Below, piece after piece: positions 37,634-47,961 of a stretch of 64,000 bases of DNA; the first letter of the stretch is position 1; every line of letters starts with the position of its first letter. This DNA is from Roseibacillus sp. Lineage in GTDB: Bacteria; Verrucomicrobiota; Verrucomicrobiia; Verrucomicrobiales; Akkermansiaceae. The stretch covers positions 1 to 64,000 of the forward strand of contig CBDEUM010000024.1 of NCBI GenBank assembly GCA_965242925.1, read 5' to 3'. The notes under the pieces are model-generated. The model had not been told where the DNA came from and made no database searches. It was given only the letters and a program-made list of their open reading frames with translations. The translations under genes and the position numbers were made by a program.

Positions 37634-38530
37634 TCAGCTCGGGGCAGCCTCTTCTTCGTCCTGTTCCTCGTCGTCACTGGCGTCGACCCGTTCCACGGTA
37701 GCGCCTTCGCGCAGGCTGGAAGCGAATTCCTGCAGGGCGTCGCGGCGCTTTTCGAACTCAACCCGGTGGGCGATATCTTCCTTCACTTCTTCAAAGGGCC
37801 GCACCACAGCTGGTTTGATCTCCGCGATCTTGAGGATGTGGTAGGAGTGTTCGTAGGCGATGACCGGGCTCACTTCGTCCAGACGCATGGTGAACATGAT
37901 GGACTCGATCGGGTTTGAAGGCCGGTCGAAGGAGATCCAGCCCAGGTCCGTTTCCCCTGATTCCTTTTCCGTCTCGGCCGTGGCGATCTGTTCGAAGTCG
38001 GCCCCTTCGATCAGGGTCTCGCGTAGTTCTCCCATCTCCTCCAGCAGGAGCACGGGATCCTCGTGCTTCTCGAGAGCCTTCATCAGGTGCAGCACGCGGA
38101 CCTCGGTCACGGTACGGAAATCGCGTTGGTTTTCCTGGTAGTAGGTCTCGACGTCGTTCTCGCTGACGTCGGTCTTCCCGGCCAGGACGCAGTCGAGGAA
38201 CTTTTCCATCCGCAGGTTAGCTTCGCATTCGTCTAGGAGGGGTTCGCGTTGGGCCTCCAGCATGTCCCAGCTGGCCCCATGCTTGCGGTACTCCTTGAGG
38301 GTTTCTTCGAAGCGGGCCTTGATCTCGGTGTCGGGAAGTTCGGGGAAGCGGTTCTCGGCTTCCTGGGCAATCAGGACAGAGTCGATAACCTCGTCTTCGG
38401 CCTGAGCCATGAATTCCGGGTCACGCTCGCAGCAGGAAATCTGCAGGCGTGTTTCCGCCTCCGACTTGATCCGGGCGAAGGCCTCCTCAAGGAGGTTGGG
38501 GTCGATAAGTTCTCCATTGACGTGAAGCAT
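37634..38530 (-). CDS. parvulin-type peptidyl-prolyl isomerase (PrsA/SurA-like)
   Basis: VETYY, VRVLHL, DFEQIA, DLGWI, VSPVI, YHILK. Confidence 0.85.
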   Translation of the reverse strand: MLHVNGELIDPNLLEEAFARIKSEAETRLQISCCERDPEFMAQAEDEVIDSVLIAQEAENRFPELPDTEIKARFEETLKEYRKHGASWDMLEAQREPLLDECEANLRMEKFLDCVLAGKTDVSENDVETYYQENQRDFRTVTEVRVLHLMKALEKHEDPVLLLEEMGELRETLIEGADFEQIATAETEKESGETDLGWISFDRPSNPIESIMFTMRLDEVSPVIAYEHSYHILKIAEIKPAVVRPFEEVKEDIAHRVEFEKRRDALQEFASSLREGATVERVDASDDEEQDEEEAAPS

Positions 38531-38579
38531 GTCGGACAGGTAGCGCCAGAGCGGCAGCTCGCCAACTCGAAAGAACGCC

Positions 38580-41129
38580 TCAATTTGCTACGATATTGAC
38601 CAACCGGGCGGGAACAACGATCACTTTGCGCACCGTCAGCCCTTCGAGGTGTCCCTGCACTTTCGGGTCGGCCTGGGCAGCGGCTTCCACCTGGTCCCGG
38701 GCGGCCTCGGCCGCTATCATGATCCTGGAGCGGACCTTGCCATTGACCTGGACCACCATCTCGATCTCGTTCTCCACGAGGAGGGAGTCGTCGTAGGAAG
38801 GCCAGCTCTCCCCGAGGCAGGAGCCAGCGTAGCCAAGGCGCTCCCAGAGTTCCTCGGTGAGATGGGGAGCCAGGGGATTGAGGAGAACCAGCAGGTCACG
38901 GAAGAGGGTGTGGGGGACTTTCTCCGCGGAGGTGAAGGCGTTAGTGCATTCCATCATCTGGGAAATCGCGGTGTTGAACCGCAGCTTCTCGATGTCCTCG
39001 CCCACTTTCTTGATGGTGGCGTGCACTATTTTAAGAAGGCCCTCATCGGCGCTTCCGTCCTCCAGCTTGTCGCCCGCTTCCCACTCGCCTTCCTGGTTCA
39101 GGCTCATGGCGACCCTCCAGGTCTTGGCCAGGAATCGGGAAACCCCCTCCACCCCCTGCATGTTCCAGGGTTTCACCTGTTCCAGGGGGCCCATGAACAT
39201 CTCGTAGAGACGAAAGGCATCGGCACCATACTCTGCCACCACGTCATCCGGATTAATGACATTTCCGAGGGACTTGGACATTTTTCGTCCATCCTCCCCC
39301 ATGATGAGCCCCTGGTTGACGAGCTTCTGAAACGGCTCGAGCGTATTCAGGTGCCCAAGGTCATTGAGGATCTTGTGCCAGAAACGGGCATAGAGCAGGT
39401 GCAGGACGGCGTGTTCGGTCCCCCCGATATAGAGGTCAACTCCTCCGGGTCTGCCGTTGCCGCCGAGCCAGTATTGCTCGGCCTCGGGAGAGAGGAACTG
39501 CTCAGGATTGGCCGGGTCACAATAGCGGAGATAGTACCAACAGGAACCGGCCCATTGCGGCATGGTGTTGGTTTCACGCCGCCCGCCGCCGGGCAACTCC
39601 ACCCACTCCGTCGCCTTGGAGAGCAGAGGTTCGGGATCTCCGGTGGGATTATAGTCCTTCAGTTCGGGAGCCAGGAGCGGCAGCTCGGACTCCGGGAGGG
39701 CCTCATGTCGCCCGTCCTTCCAGATGATGGGAAAAGGCTCCCCCCAGTAGCGCTGACGGGAAAAGAGCCAGTCGCGCAGCTTGTAGTTGATCTGCGCTTC
39801 GCCCCGGCCCTGCTCTTCCAGCCAGGCGGTGATCGTCTTCCTGGCCTCGGGAGTGGACTGACCATCGAGCGGCCCGGAGTTCACCGCAGTGCCGTCGCCG
39901 GTAAAACCCTGCCAATCTTCGCCAGCGGGAGGCTCCACCACCTGCAGAACGGGCAGGTCAAACGCCCTTGCAAACGCGAAGTCCCGGGTGTCGTGAGCGG
40001 GGACAGCCATGATGGCACCCGTCCCGTAGCCCATCATGACGTAGTCCGCGATCCAGACCGGGATCTGTTCGCTGTTGACGGGATTAAGGGCAAAGGCGCC
40101 GGTCGAAACCCCCGTCTTGCCCTTGTTGAGTTCGCCCCGCTCCATTTCGGATTTGGTGGCGCAGGTCTTCTGGTAGTCCGCGACAGCCTCCCGCTGCTCT
40201 GCGGTGGTAATCTGGTCCACGAGGGGATGCTCGGGAGCCAGAACCATGTAGGTTGCCCCGAAGAGGGTATCGGGCCGGGTGGTGAAGACCTCGATGCCGC
40301 AGTCGTGATCGTCCGCGAGGGAGAACACCACCCGCGCCCCTTCGGAACGCCCAATCCAGTTTCGCTGGAGCAGTTTGATGCCCTCGGGCCAGTCGAGGTC
40401 GTCCAACTCGTCAATGAGGCGCTGGGCATACTTCGTAATGCGAAGCATCCACTGCTGCAGTGGACGGCGTTCGACCACATGCCCTTTCTCTTCCCACTCG
40501 GCCACTTCTTCATTGGCCAGGACCGTGCCCAGACTGGGACACCAGTTGACCGGCGCCTCCGCCACGTAGGCGAGGCGGACCTCGTCGATCTGATCCCTGG
40601 ACCAGCCCCGGGCCTCCAGTTCGGAAACAGGCCTGGCCTTCTGTTCTGCCTCGTCGAAATAGCTGTTGTAGATCAGCAGGAAGATCCACTGGGTCCATTT
40701 CACATAACTGGGATCGGTGGTATTGACTTCACGGTCCCAGTCGTAGCAGAAGCCCAGCATCTTGAGCTGACGACGAAAGTTGTCGATGTTGTTCTTCGTG
40801 TTGATCCGTGGGTGTTCGCCGGTCTTGCGGGCATGTTCCTCGGCAGGCAGGCCGAAGGCATCCCAGCCCATCGGATGGAGGACATTGAATCCCTTCTTCC
40901 GCTTGTAGCGGGTGACAATGTCCGTGGCGGTGTAGCCTTCGGGATGGCCGACGTGCAACCCGGCCCCGCTCGGGTAGGGAAACATGTCGAGGGCATAGAA
41001 CTTGGGCGCGTCCGGATCAAATCCCTCCTCTCCCGGTCCCGGCATGCGGAAAGCCTTGCCCGCATCCCATCGTTCCTGCCATTTGGATTCGAATTGATCG
41101 AAGGGATAGGGTTTGCGTCGCTCGCTCAT
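38580..41129 (-). CDS. leuS: leucine--tRNA ligase
   Basis: [37 protein letters not shown]. Confidence 0.98.
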   Translation of the reverse strand: MSERRKPYPFDQFESKWQERWDAGKAFRMPGPGEEGFDPDAPKFYALDMFPYPSGAGLHVGHPEGYTATDIVTRYKRKKGFNVLHPMGWDAFGLPAEEHARKTGEHPRINTKNNIDNFRRQLKMLGFCYDWDREVNTTDPSYVKWTQWIFLLIYNSYFDEAEQKARPVSELEARGWSRDQIDEVRLAYVAEAPVNWCPSLGTVLANEEVAEWEEKGHVVERRPLQQWMLRITKYAQRLIDELDDLDWPEGIKLLQRNWIGRSEGARVVFSLADDHDCGIEVFTTRPDTLFGATYMVLAPEHPLVDQITTAEQREAVADYQKTCATKSEMERGELNKGKTGVSTGAFALNPVNSEQIPVWIADYVMMGYGTGAIMAVPAHDTRDFAFARAFDLPVLQVVEPPAGEDWQGFTGDGTAVNSGPLDGQSTPEARKTITAWLEEQGRGEAQINYKLRDWLFSRQRYWGEPFPIIWKDGRHEALPESELPLLAPELKDYNPTGDPEPLLSKATEWVELPGGGRRETNTMPQWAGSCWYYLRYCDPANPEQFLSPEAEQYWLGGNGRPGGVDLYIGGTEHAVLHLLYARFWHKILNDLGHLNTLEPFQKLVNQGLIMGEDGRKMSKSLGNVINPDDVVAEYGADAFRLYEMFMGPLEQVKPWNMQGVEGVSRFLAKTWRVAMSLNQEGEWEAGDKLEDGSADEGLLKIVHATIKKVGEDIEKLRFNTAISQMMECTNAFTSAEKVPHTLFRDLLVLLNPLAPHLTEELWERLGYAGSCLGESWPSYDDSLLVENEIEMVVQVNGKVRSRIMIAAEAARDQVEAAAQADPKVQGHLEGLTVRKVIVVPARLVNIVAN

Positions 41130-41237
41130 CGTGCTGCTTCTTCGTGTCCCGGAACGGGTCGGGACGGTGGCAGAGATCCCGTATCAGGGCAAGTGCTCCG
41201 CGTGTGGGGTTCCCTTCGGGTCGGGGGACGCGGGTCG

Positions 41238-42503
41238 TCAGCGAATTGACTCGATCGCACCGTAGATCAGCGGCTTCAGGGCATCCTCAAGCATAAAGCC
41301 GTAGGGGAAGGTCTGCTCCATGGTGATGACCACGAGTTCGTCCCGCGGGGAAACCCAGAAGTGGGTACTGAGCATTCCGCCCCAGCCGTATTCGCCGAGG
41401 CGTCCGGCCTTGTTCCAGTTCGTCTGGGCGACCTTCACGCAGAAGCCCAGCCCGAAGCCTGTCCCATGGCGGACGTTGTTGGGAAAGCGGATCGGCATCG
41501 CGGGGCCTTCGAGCTGGTTACGGGTCATCTCGGCCACGGTTTCCTTTTTCAGGAACCGTTGTCCGTGCAATTCGCCCCCATTGGCGATCATTTGCAGGAA
41601 CCGGGTGTAGTCACGGATGGTGGAGGCAAGACCGCCTCCTCCGGAGCGCATTTTAGTCCTGGAACTGTAGCTGAAAAGATTGCGGTCGTTTCTGGTCAGC
41701 AGTCCCTGTCCGTTGGAGTTGTAGACCACCGCCATGCGCTCCCTTTTTGCCTCGGGAATAACAAAATCCGTGTCGATCATCCCAAGTGGCTTGAAAAGGC
41801 GTTGCTGGAAGAACTGGCCGAGGGGCACGCCCGAAACGTTTTGGATCACTGCGCCAAGAAGGTCGGTGGAGATGCCGTAGAGCCATCCCTCTCCTGGCTC
41901 GAAGGCCATCGGGACCTTGACCATACGTGTGCAAAACTCGGCGAGGGGTTCGTCTTCCACGAGGGGACCTGCCTGACGGTGCAGCTTGTCGATTTCCGGG
42001 ATGCCCGTGGATCCGTAGGAATATCCTGTGGTGTGACGGAGGAGATCCTTGATTGTGGGAGGATTGTCCGGGGCACCGGCTTTCCCGTTCTTCCAGACCC
42101 TGGCATTCTTGAATTCCGGGAGGTAGTTGGAAACAGGGTCCTTGATGTGAAGTTTCCCCTCGTCTGCAAGCATCATAGCAGCTGCCGAGGTAATCGCCTT
42201 CGTCATGGAAAAGATACGGAAGATCGCATCGTTCTCCATTGGTTTACGGTTCTCAATGTCTCGAAGCCCGAAGCTCTTGTTGTAGACCAGCTTGCCTCTA
42301 CGGGTAATGACGACGGCGGCGCCCGCCAGACGTTTCCTGGCAATCAGCTCGTTCACTTTGTCGTCGACTAATTCGAGCTTGTCGCTCGACATGCCGACAG
42401 CAGCAGGTTTTGCCAAGGGGAGCTCCCGTATGGGACGGGGTTGTTCAGCCTGAGAAAGAACAGGGGAAACGGCCCAAAGCAGGAGAGCGGCAAGAGTTTT
42501 CAT
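41238..42503 (-). CDS. serine hydrolase, beta-lactamase class C/esterase family
   Basis: Signal peptide, FRIFSMTK (SxxK), LLRHTTG, FEPG..W.Y, WGG. Confidence 0.9.
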   Translation of the reverse strand: MKTLAALLLWAVSPVLSQAEQPRPIRELPLAKPAAVGMSSDKLELVDDKVNELIARKRLAGAAVVITRRGKLVYNKSFGLRDIENRKPMENDAIFRIFSMTKAITSAAAMMLADEGKLHIKDPVSNYLPEFKNARVWKNGKAGAPDNPPTIKDLLRHTTGYSYGSTGIPEIDKLHRQAGPLVEDEPLAEFCTRMVKVPMAFEPGEGWLYGISTDLLGAVIQNVSGVPLGQFFQQRLFKPLGMIDTDFVIPEAKRERMAVVYNSNGQGLLTRNDRNLFSYSSRTKMRSGGGGLASTIRDYTRFLQMIANGGELHGQRFLKKETVAEMTRNQLEGPAMPIRFPNNVRHGTGFGLGFCVKVAQTNWNKAGRLGEYGWGGMLSTHFWVSPRDELVVITMEQTFPYGFMLEDALKPLIYGAIESIR

Positions 42504-42911
42504 CAAAGGCGTTGTCTGTGATGGGGAAGGACAAGGCAAGTAGCGTTGCACGCCCTTGTCTGTCAGGTCGACCGCTGGTCCAAAAGCAGAACCCCGCCGC
42601 GGGAGCACCGAAACCACGAGAGGGCCTCTGGCTCTCCTTTCCAGAAGAAAGGAGGGAAGAACGGCCTGCTGGTATTCAAAGCGCGTGAAGGGGCTCTGTT
42701 CTTTCCACAGGGGAGGAACGGCACAGCACGGCACCTTGAGAAGGCAGGAGGCAGGGCACGAGCGAAATCCTATCGGATGTTGATGAGAGGGCAACCGGAC
42801 TGCGCCTCAGGGGATAGGCAGCGGGAATAACGTCCTCTCCGACAGGAAAAAGCAGAAGGAATCCTTCTCTTTCGGATTTTCTTCTCGATCTGATGCGGGG
42901 AGGATCAAGTG

Positions 42912-43502
42912 ATGAAGCAATTGCTGCTGGCGACCCGGAACGCGCACAAGACCGAGGAGGTTGTGGCCTTGCTTGAGGGCTGCTTCAAAGTGGCGGACCT
43001 TTCTGCCTTTCCTGATGCTCCGGAAGTGGAAGAGACCGGGGTGACATTCGGCGAGAATTCGACACTCAAGGCGGTTGCCATCAGCAAGGTGAGCAGGTCG
43101 CTTGTCCTTGCCGACGATTCCGGTTTGGAAGTTGATGCCCTGCAAGGTTCGCCCGGGGTGTATTCGGCGCGCTTTGCGGGACCGGACGCGGACGATCCTT
43201 CAAACAACCGGAAATTGCTCGCTGAGCTCACCGGCATCCCCATGGAACAACGAACGGCGCGCTTTCGATGTGTGATGGTGGTGGCCCGGTCCGGAGTCGC
43301 CCTGGGGGAGTTTGAAGGCAGCGTGGAAGGGAGGATTCTCGAGGAGCCCCGCGGGACGGGGGGCTTTGGCTACGATCCGCTCTTTGTCCCGGAGGGCCAT
43401 GCGGAGTCATTCGCGGAGCTTGGCCCCGGAATCAAGAACGGGCTCAGCCACCGGGCGCGGGCCATGAAAGAAGTGGTGGATTGGTTGCGCCTTACCGATT
43501 GA
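42912..43502 (+). CDS. rdgB: non-canonical purine NTP pyrophosphatase (RdgB/HAM1)
   Basis: ATRNAHK, DDSGLEVDAL, PGVYSARFAG, GFGYDPLF, SHRARA. Confidence 0.95.
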   Translation: MKQLLLATRNAHKTEEVVALLEGCFKVADLSAFPDAPEVEETGVTFGENSTLKAVAISKVSRSLVLADDSGLEVDALQGSPGVYSARFAGPDADDPSNNRKLLAELTGIPMEQRTARFRCVMVVARSGVALGEFEGSVEGRILEEPRGTGGFGYDPLFVPEGHAESFAELGPGIKNGLSHRARAMKEVVDWLRLTD

Positions 43503-43649
43503 AACACGTTCATGCAGAAAGGGCCGTTATGGTTGCCCTGCGGCGGCCCACTGCGCCAACCTCCGCTGTGCCAGACCTAACAAATGAGATCGACAGCCAG
43601 GCCTGTTAATGTTGGGATGATTGATATTCACCGGCTCCATAGCAAACGA

Positions 43650-44162
43650 ATGAGATCCTCTCTCGCGCTTCTCGTGCTCGTTCTGACGATCTATCTGCCT
43701 TCGTGCTCCCGTCATGGCAGGGACAAGTACGCAGTGGCCTACAAGGCGCATCCTAACAATGCCATTCTCGTCAATGGACGGGCGGTTGCACCTCGCAATG
43801 CCCCTCTTCCGGTCAAGCGTGCCATTGCCGCCGCCAACCATATTCAGGGACTACCCTACAAGTGGGGAGGAGGGCATGCCTGGCTGAACGATAACGGCTA
43901 TGACTGTTCCGGGGCGGCGTCCTACGTCCTTCGCAACGCCGGGCTCCTGGAGGATCAGATGCCCTCGAAAGGCTTTCTCCGTTATGGAGAACGGGGCCCC
44001 GGGGAGTGGATTACGGTCAGCGTCTGCAACGGGCACGTGTTCCTGGTCATTGCCGGCCTCCGCTTCGACACCGAAGGGCAATCCCGGCAGGGCGGTCCCC
44101 GCTGGAGGCCCCGCCTACGTACTACCAGGGGATATGTAGTGCGTCATCCGCCCGGGCTGTAA
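43650..44162 (+). CDS. NlpC/P60-like peptidoglycan endopeptidase, probable lipoprotein
   Basis: LPS-C leader, PYKWGGGH, YDCSG, GHVF. Confidence 0.85.
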   Translation: MRSSLALLVLVLTIYLPSCSRHGRDKYAVAYKAHPNNAILVNGRAVAPRNAPLPVKRAIAAANHIQGLPYKWGGGHAWLNDNGYDCSGAASYVLRNAGLLEDQMPSKGFLRYGERGPGEWITVSVCNGHVFLVIAGLRFDTEGQSRQGGPRWRPRLRTTRGYVVRHPPGL

Positions 44163-44183
44163 GGGGCGCATCCAGCCTGAAGG

Positions 44184-44861
44184 TCACTGGTCGGAGGGAG
44201 CGCGAGGGCTTCCGGTGATCAACCCCATCAAGTCCCGCGCACTTCCCAGCACGTGGTCGGCGAGGGAAAAATCGCAGCAGGCGGTCACCCGGTTGGGGAT
44301 GGCGACGGTGGGCATGCCGGCGGCCTTGGCAGCCTTAATCCCGTTGACGGAATCCTCGACCACGAGGCAGCTCCCGGGATTGAGTTCGAGTTGGCGGGCC
44401 GCCTCCAGATAGAGATCCGGAGCAGGCTTGATGCGTGGGGCGTCGTCGCGACAAACCGTGAGGTCGAACTGGTCGAGGAGCCCGATTCTCTGGAGCCAGC
44501 CATCGACCCAGCGGTGGGACGAACTGGAGACGACGCCGAGTTTGAGCCCGGACTTCCTGCCGGCGTGCACGGATTCGGGGATTCCAGGCATGGCGGGCGC
44601 TCCTTCCAGATTCTTATCAATGGAGGACTGGCGGGCGCAATCGAGGGGATCCCAGTCAATGCGGGTGCCGGTCAATTCTTCGAGATGGGTTTTTGGAGAC
44701 CAGGTATCGAAGTTTGTTCCGATACACTGGTTGAATGTTTCCAGCGAAAGGGGCTGGCCGTAATCGCGGAACGTCTGGCACCAGGCCTGATAGATGGGCC
44801 ACTCGGTGTCGACCATCAGGCCGTCAAAGTCGAAGAGGAGAGCGCGAAGGGAGGACTGCAT
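44184..44861 (-). CDS. HAD family phosphatase (subfamily IA)
   Basis: FDFDG, SSS, KPAPD.Y, EDS.NG. Confidence 0.92.
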   Translation of the reverse strand: MQSSLRALLFDFDGLMVDTEWPIYQAWCQTFRDYGQPLSLETFNQCIGTNFDTWSPKTHLEELTGTRIDWDPLDCARQSSIDKNLEGAPAMPGIPESVHAGRKSGLKLGVVSSSSHRWVDGWLQRIGLLDQFDLTVCRDDAPRIKPAPDLYLEAARQLELNPGSCLVVEDSVNGIKAAKAAGMPTVAIPNRVTACCDFSLADHVLGSARDLMGLITGSPRAPSDQ

Positions 44862-44870
44862 GTAGTGGTG

Positions 44871-45470
44871 TCAGGATGCGGGCGATGACAGGCGCGGGGG
44901 AGTTGGCTTTTTCTTCATGAGCACGAAGACCAGCCCGAAGGCAAAAAACACCACTCCGAAAAATCCGAGAAGACAAGTGAGAATTATGCGCAGGCCAGCC
45001 TGGGTGAATCCCCGGCGGAAATCGCCCTCGGTCAGTGAAAATTCGGGGGTCGCTCCCTTGGAGGAGGTCACCTTCAGGGTATAGCGCCCCTCTTCATCCG
45101 GCTCGAATCTCCCGACTGCAATCGACTCCCGATTGGGGGTCGAGGTTGTCCAGCGGCTGGATGCGGGAACAGGAAACAGGGGAAATTCCTTCCCGTCGGA
45201 ATCCCGGGTGAGCGAGAAGCCCATGCCCGCTGGCAGGGCCTCCGGGCCTGCAGTGGGAGAGGGACCGCTCCGGACCTGATGGTCATGCCAGATGGTGTAG
45301 GCTCCGGGGCGGTGGATCCTGAAGGGCACCTCGGCCGGGGAGGAGATCCGGGCAACAGGATCCAGGGCCTTCACCATCCCGAAGATGCCAAAGAAGAAGA
45401 AGAGAATGCCACCTGCCAGGGCGGCCAGGCCCAGACCGAGGAAAATGAATCCAAGGCTACGTCTGGTCAT
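44871..45470 (-). CDS. hypothetical membrane protein (two TM helices flanking a beta-rich domain)
   Basis: Hydrophobic N- and C-terminal helices; co-directional with the HAD gene. Confidence 0.7.
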   Translation of the reverse strand: MTRRSLGFIFLGLGLAALAGGILFFFFGIFGMVKALDPVARISSPAEVPFRIHRPGAYTIWHDHQVRSGPSPTAGPEALPAGMGFSLTRDSDGKEFPLFPVPASSRWTTSTPNRESIAVGRFEPDEEGRYTLKVTSSKGATPEFSLTEGDFRRGFTQAGLRIILTCLLGFFGVVFFAFGLVFVLMKKKPTPPRLSSPAS

Positions 45471-45557
45471 GCTGGTGATTCAGGAATCTGAGGAGGGAAT
45501 TGTGGCCCGTGTCATCTTTTGCTCGCTCCAGGGGGGAGGACGGGGGAAGAATGCCAC

Positions 45558-46406
45558 ATGCGTGTGCACCTGACCATTTCTCTTCTGGCCAGCTGCTCCA
45601 TTGTTTTTGGCGACCGCAGGCCGGAGGTCCGCGACCCCGACGAGGTGGTGATCTACCGGAAGGCCGAACAGGCCGAGCTCAAACTGGAAATCTTCCGACC
45701 AGCGGGGTGGAAGGCCGATGATGAGCGTCCCGCCATTGTCTTTTTTTTCGGGGGAGGCTGGGTGGGCGGCTCAACGACTCAGTTCCATCCTCAGGCCACC
45801 CGCCTCGCGTCGCGCGGAATGGTGGCCTACTGTGCGGATTACCGCGTGCGTAGTCGGCATGAGACCTCCCCCTTCGAGGCGGTGGCCGACGCCAAGGCGG
45901 CAGTGCGCTGGATCTGGCGGAATGCAGGGAAACAAGGCGTTGATCGAAAGAAGATTGTTTCTGCGGGTGGTTCGGCCGGGGGTCATCTGGCGGCCTGCAG
46001 CGGCCTCGTTGCCGGCCACGACGAGGTGAAGGACGGTGAGCCCGCATTCATTCCAGCCGCGATGGTCCTCTTCAATCCCGTCATCGATACCTCAAAGAAG
46101 GGCTACGGCCATGGCAAACTGAAGGAGCGCTACCGGGAACTCTCCCCGGTAGAGCATGTACACGACAAGACCGTGCCCACTCTGGTTCTGGTCGGTTCGG
46201 CAGACACCACCACTCCGGTCACCGGCCACAAGCTCTTCGAGGCACGCATGAAGGAAAAGGAGCGGTTGTGCCGGCTGATTATCTTCCCGGGGCAGAAACA
46301 TGGATTCTTCAATCCGAGGGGAGATAACAAGAACTACTGGGGCACCCTTGAGGGGATGGAGCAGTTCCTCGGAGATCTGAATTATATCAGGATGCCGGGT
46401 CGTTGA
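45558..46406 (+). CDS. alpha/beta hydrolase (esterase/lipase)
   Basis: FGGGW, GGSAGGHLA, D, HGFFN. Confidence 0.9.
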   Translation: MRVHLTISLLASCSIVFGDRRPEVRDPDEVVIYRKAEQAELKLEIFRPAGWKADDERPAIVFFFGGGWVGGSTTQFHPQATRLASRGMVAYCADYRVRSRHETSPFEAVADAKAAVRWIWRNAGKQGVDRKKIVSAGGSAGGHLAACSGLVAGHDEVKDGEPAFIPAAMVLFNPVIDTSKKGYGHGKLKERYRELSPVEHVHDKTVPTLVLVGSADTTTPVTGHKLFEARMKEKERLCRLIIFPGQKHGFFNPRGDNKNYWGTLEGMEQFLGDLNYIRMPGR

Positions 46407-46467
46407 GCGGCGCCCCTGGTGACTCCGGAGCGGGGCGGGTCTTCGATTTCCGGCAGAGGGCGCGGGT

Positions 46468-47748
46468 TCATGGGGGAGCGAATTCAACCTTCAGGCGCAT
46501 GAAGAGATTCCGCGGCGACGCGAAGGCCTCCCGTTTTGCTCCATGGACAATATCCAGCCCACCATTGCCGGGATTCGTCTCCAGTATTTCAGTGAAGGCA
46601 GGACCCGAGTTCCAGGTTTTCAGGTCTGTTGAAATCTCGACGGTGGCCAAAACGTCGGTGATCGGGGAGAGGCTCTGGCGATGAGTGAAAAGCAGGGTGT
46701 TGTTTGCCCATGCGTGGTTTGTCACCGGCAGCGTTTCGACGACCAGCGGATTGAGCCCGGTGAAATACTCCAGCAGGTTATTGCGGTGGTCGTGGTCGGG
46801 ATCGGCGGCGGGATCGGATAAGGAGGCGGGGACATCCTTGGGGAAGCGTCTCCGGATCCAGCCGGGATAGGAGGTAACGCGGGTGTCGAGGGTGATGTCC
46901 CACGGCTGATTGACGCTGGCGATCACCTCATGCGGCCCGGTTCCGTTCATGTCGCCGCGGTTTACCGCCTTGGCGCCCTTGCTCCCGGCCACGTTGTTGG
47001 TGCCGGTGTCGACCCAGTAAATCTTGCCCGCGGGAATATCCAGGGTCATGCCATGCGGCGTATCCAGGCCGCGGTAAAGATCCTCGATCGGGCCGTTGTC
47101 GATATGCCGGCGTTGGATCTTATGGGCATTGCGATCACACCAGTAGAGGTAGCCACCGCCGGGATCAACCTTGACCCCACGTGTCTGGACGAGGCCGCTG
47201 ACAACGGTCTGGATATTTGTCGCGTCCGGAAGATCCGCCCGGAAGATGTTTCCTCCAGAGAAGTCACCCCAGTAGATTTTTTGATGCACCCGGTCGAGAT
47301 CAAGGTAATAGGGCTGCGTGGTGGAAATCAGGGTCTCACGATTGCTGCCATCATAATTGGCGCGTTCGATGCGGTTGTTGTTGCGATCACACCAGTAAAG
47401 TTTTCCGACGGCCCGGTCGAGGGCGAGGTCGGCGGGGAACCCGAGGGCGGTGCTGACAATGGCCTCTCGCTCTGAACCGTCCAGGCGGGCCCGGTAAATG
47501 ATGTCGGCGCCGTTGTCGGCGTAGAACAGGTTATTACCAGGGACGTCGATGGCGATGCCGCGGATGTTTGAACCTGCGGAGGGAATGAGGGTCTGCAAAC
47601 CGGAACCGTCAAGGTTGGCAATCCGGACGAGCCTGGCACCACGGTCGGTAAACAGCATCGTGCCTGCCCCGGCAAACCGGGCGAGCCCCAGCATGCAGAT
47701 GCTGACCTGGAGGAGCAGGCGAAAAGAGATGAAGCGGGAGAGGCCCAA
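46468..47748 (-). CDS. YWTD (LDL-receptor class B-like) beta-propeller protein with C-terminal verrucomicrobial-type domain; start uncertain
   Basis: LFYAD, LYWCD, IYWGD, LYWCD and IYWVD repeats with I.RA.LDGS.R. C-terminal DPDHDHRNNLLEY..G.NP ... FMRLKV. Confidence 0.8.
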   Translation of the reverse strand: MGLSRFISFRLLLQVSICMLGLARFAGAGTMLFTDRGARLVRIANLDGSGLQTLIPSAGSNIRGIAIDVPGNNLFYADNGADIIYRARLDGSEREAIVSTALGFPADLALDRAVGKLYWCDRNNNRIERANYDGSNRETLISTTQPYYLDLDRVHQKIYWGDFSGGNIFRADLPDATNIQTVVSGLVQTRGVKVDPGGGYLYWCDRNAHKIQRRHIDNGPIEDLYRGLDTPHGMTLDIPAGKIYWVDTGTNNVAGSKGAKAVNRGDMNGTGPHEVIASVNQPWDITLDTRVTSYPGWIRRRFPKDVPASLSDPAADPDHDHRNNLLEYFTGLNPLVVETLPVTNHAWANNTLLFTHRQSLSPITDVLATVEISTDLKTWNSGPAFTEILETNPGNGGLDIVHGAKREAFASPRNLFMRLKVEFAPP

Positions 47749-47961
47749 GGTCTCTAATGCTGGCGGATTCCGGAAGGGAAGGGAAGACTGGATCGGGGCA
47801 GCATCCTTGAGAGGAACCGGGGAGGCCGGACTGATTGTCTGGAGGTCGTCGCGGAAAGCCCGGAGGCCTTGGTTCCGCGCAGGGTGCGACAACGCCCCGG
47901 GACCAGTTTCAAGCGGGAGATGCGACAACTGGTTGGTCGGGGGAGGGGATCCCGGCGGTTG

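Noticed and set aside
38649..41249. 866-aa ORF on the + strand
   Set aside because: Antisense shadow of leuS caused by GC-rich codon bias; no recognisable motifs. The same applies to other long antisense ORFs (2768..4372, 14162..15526, 12507..13721, 35164..36381, 56041..57201).
42504..42908. Possible ncRNA or extra gene in the 400-bp divergent intergenic region
   Set aside because: No recognisable RNA motif or convincing ORF by eye; an Rfam scan would be needed.
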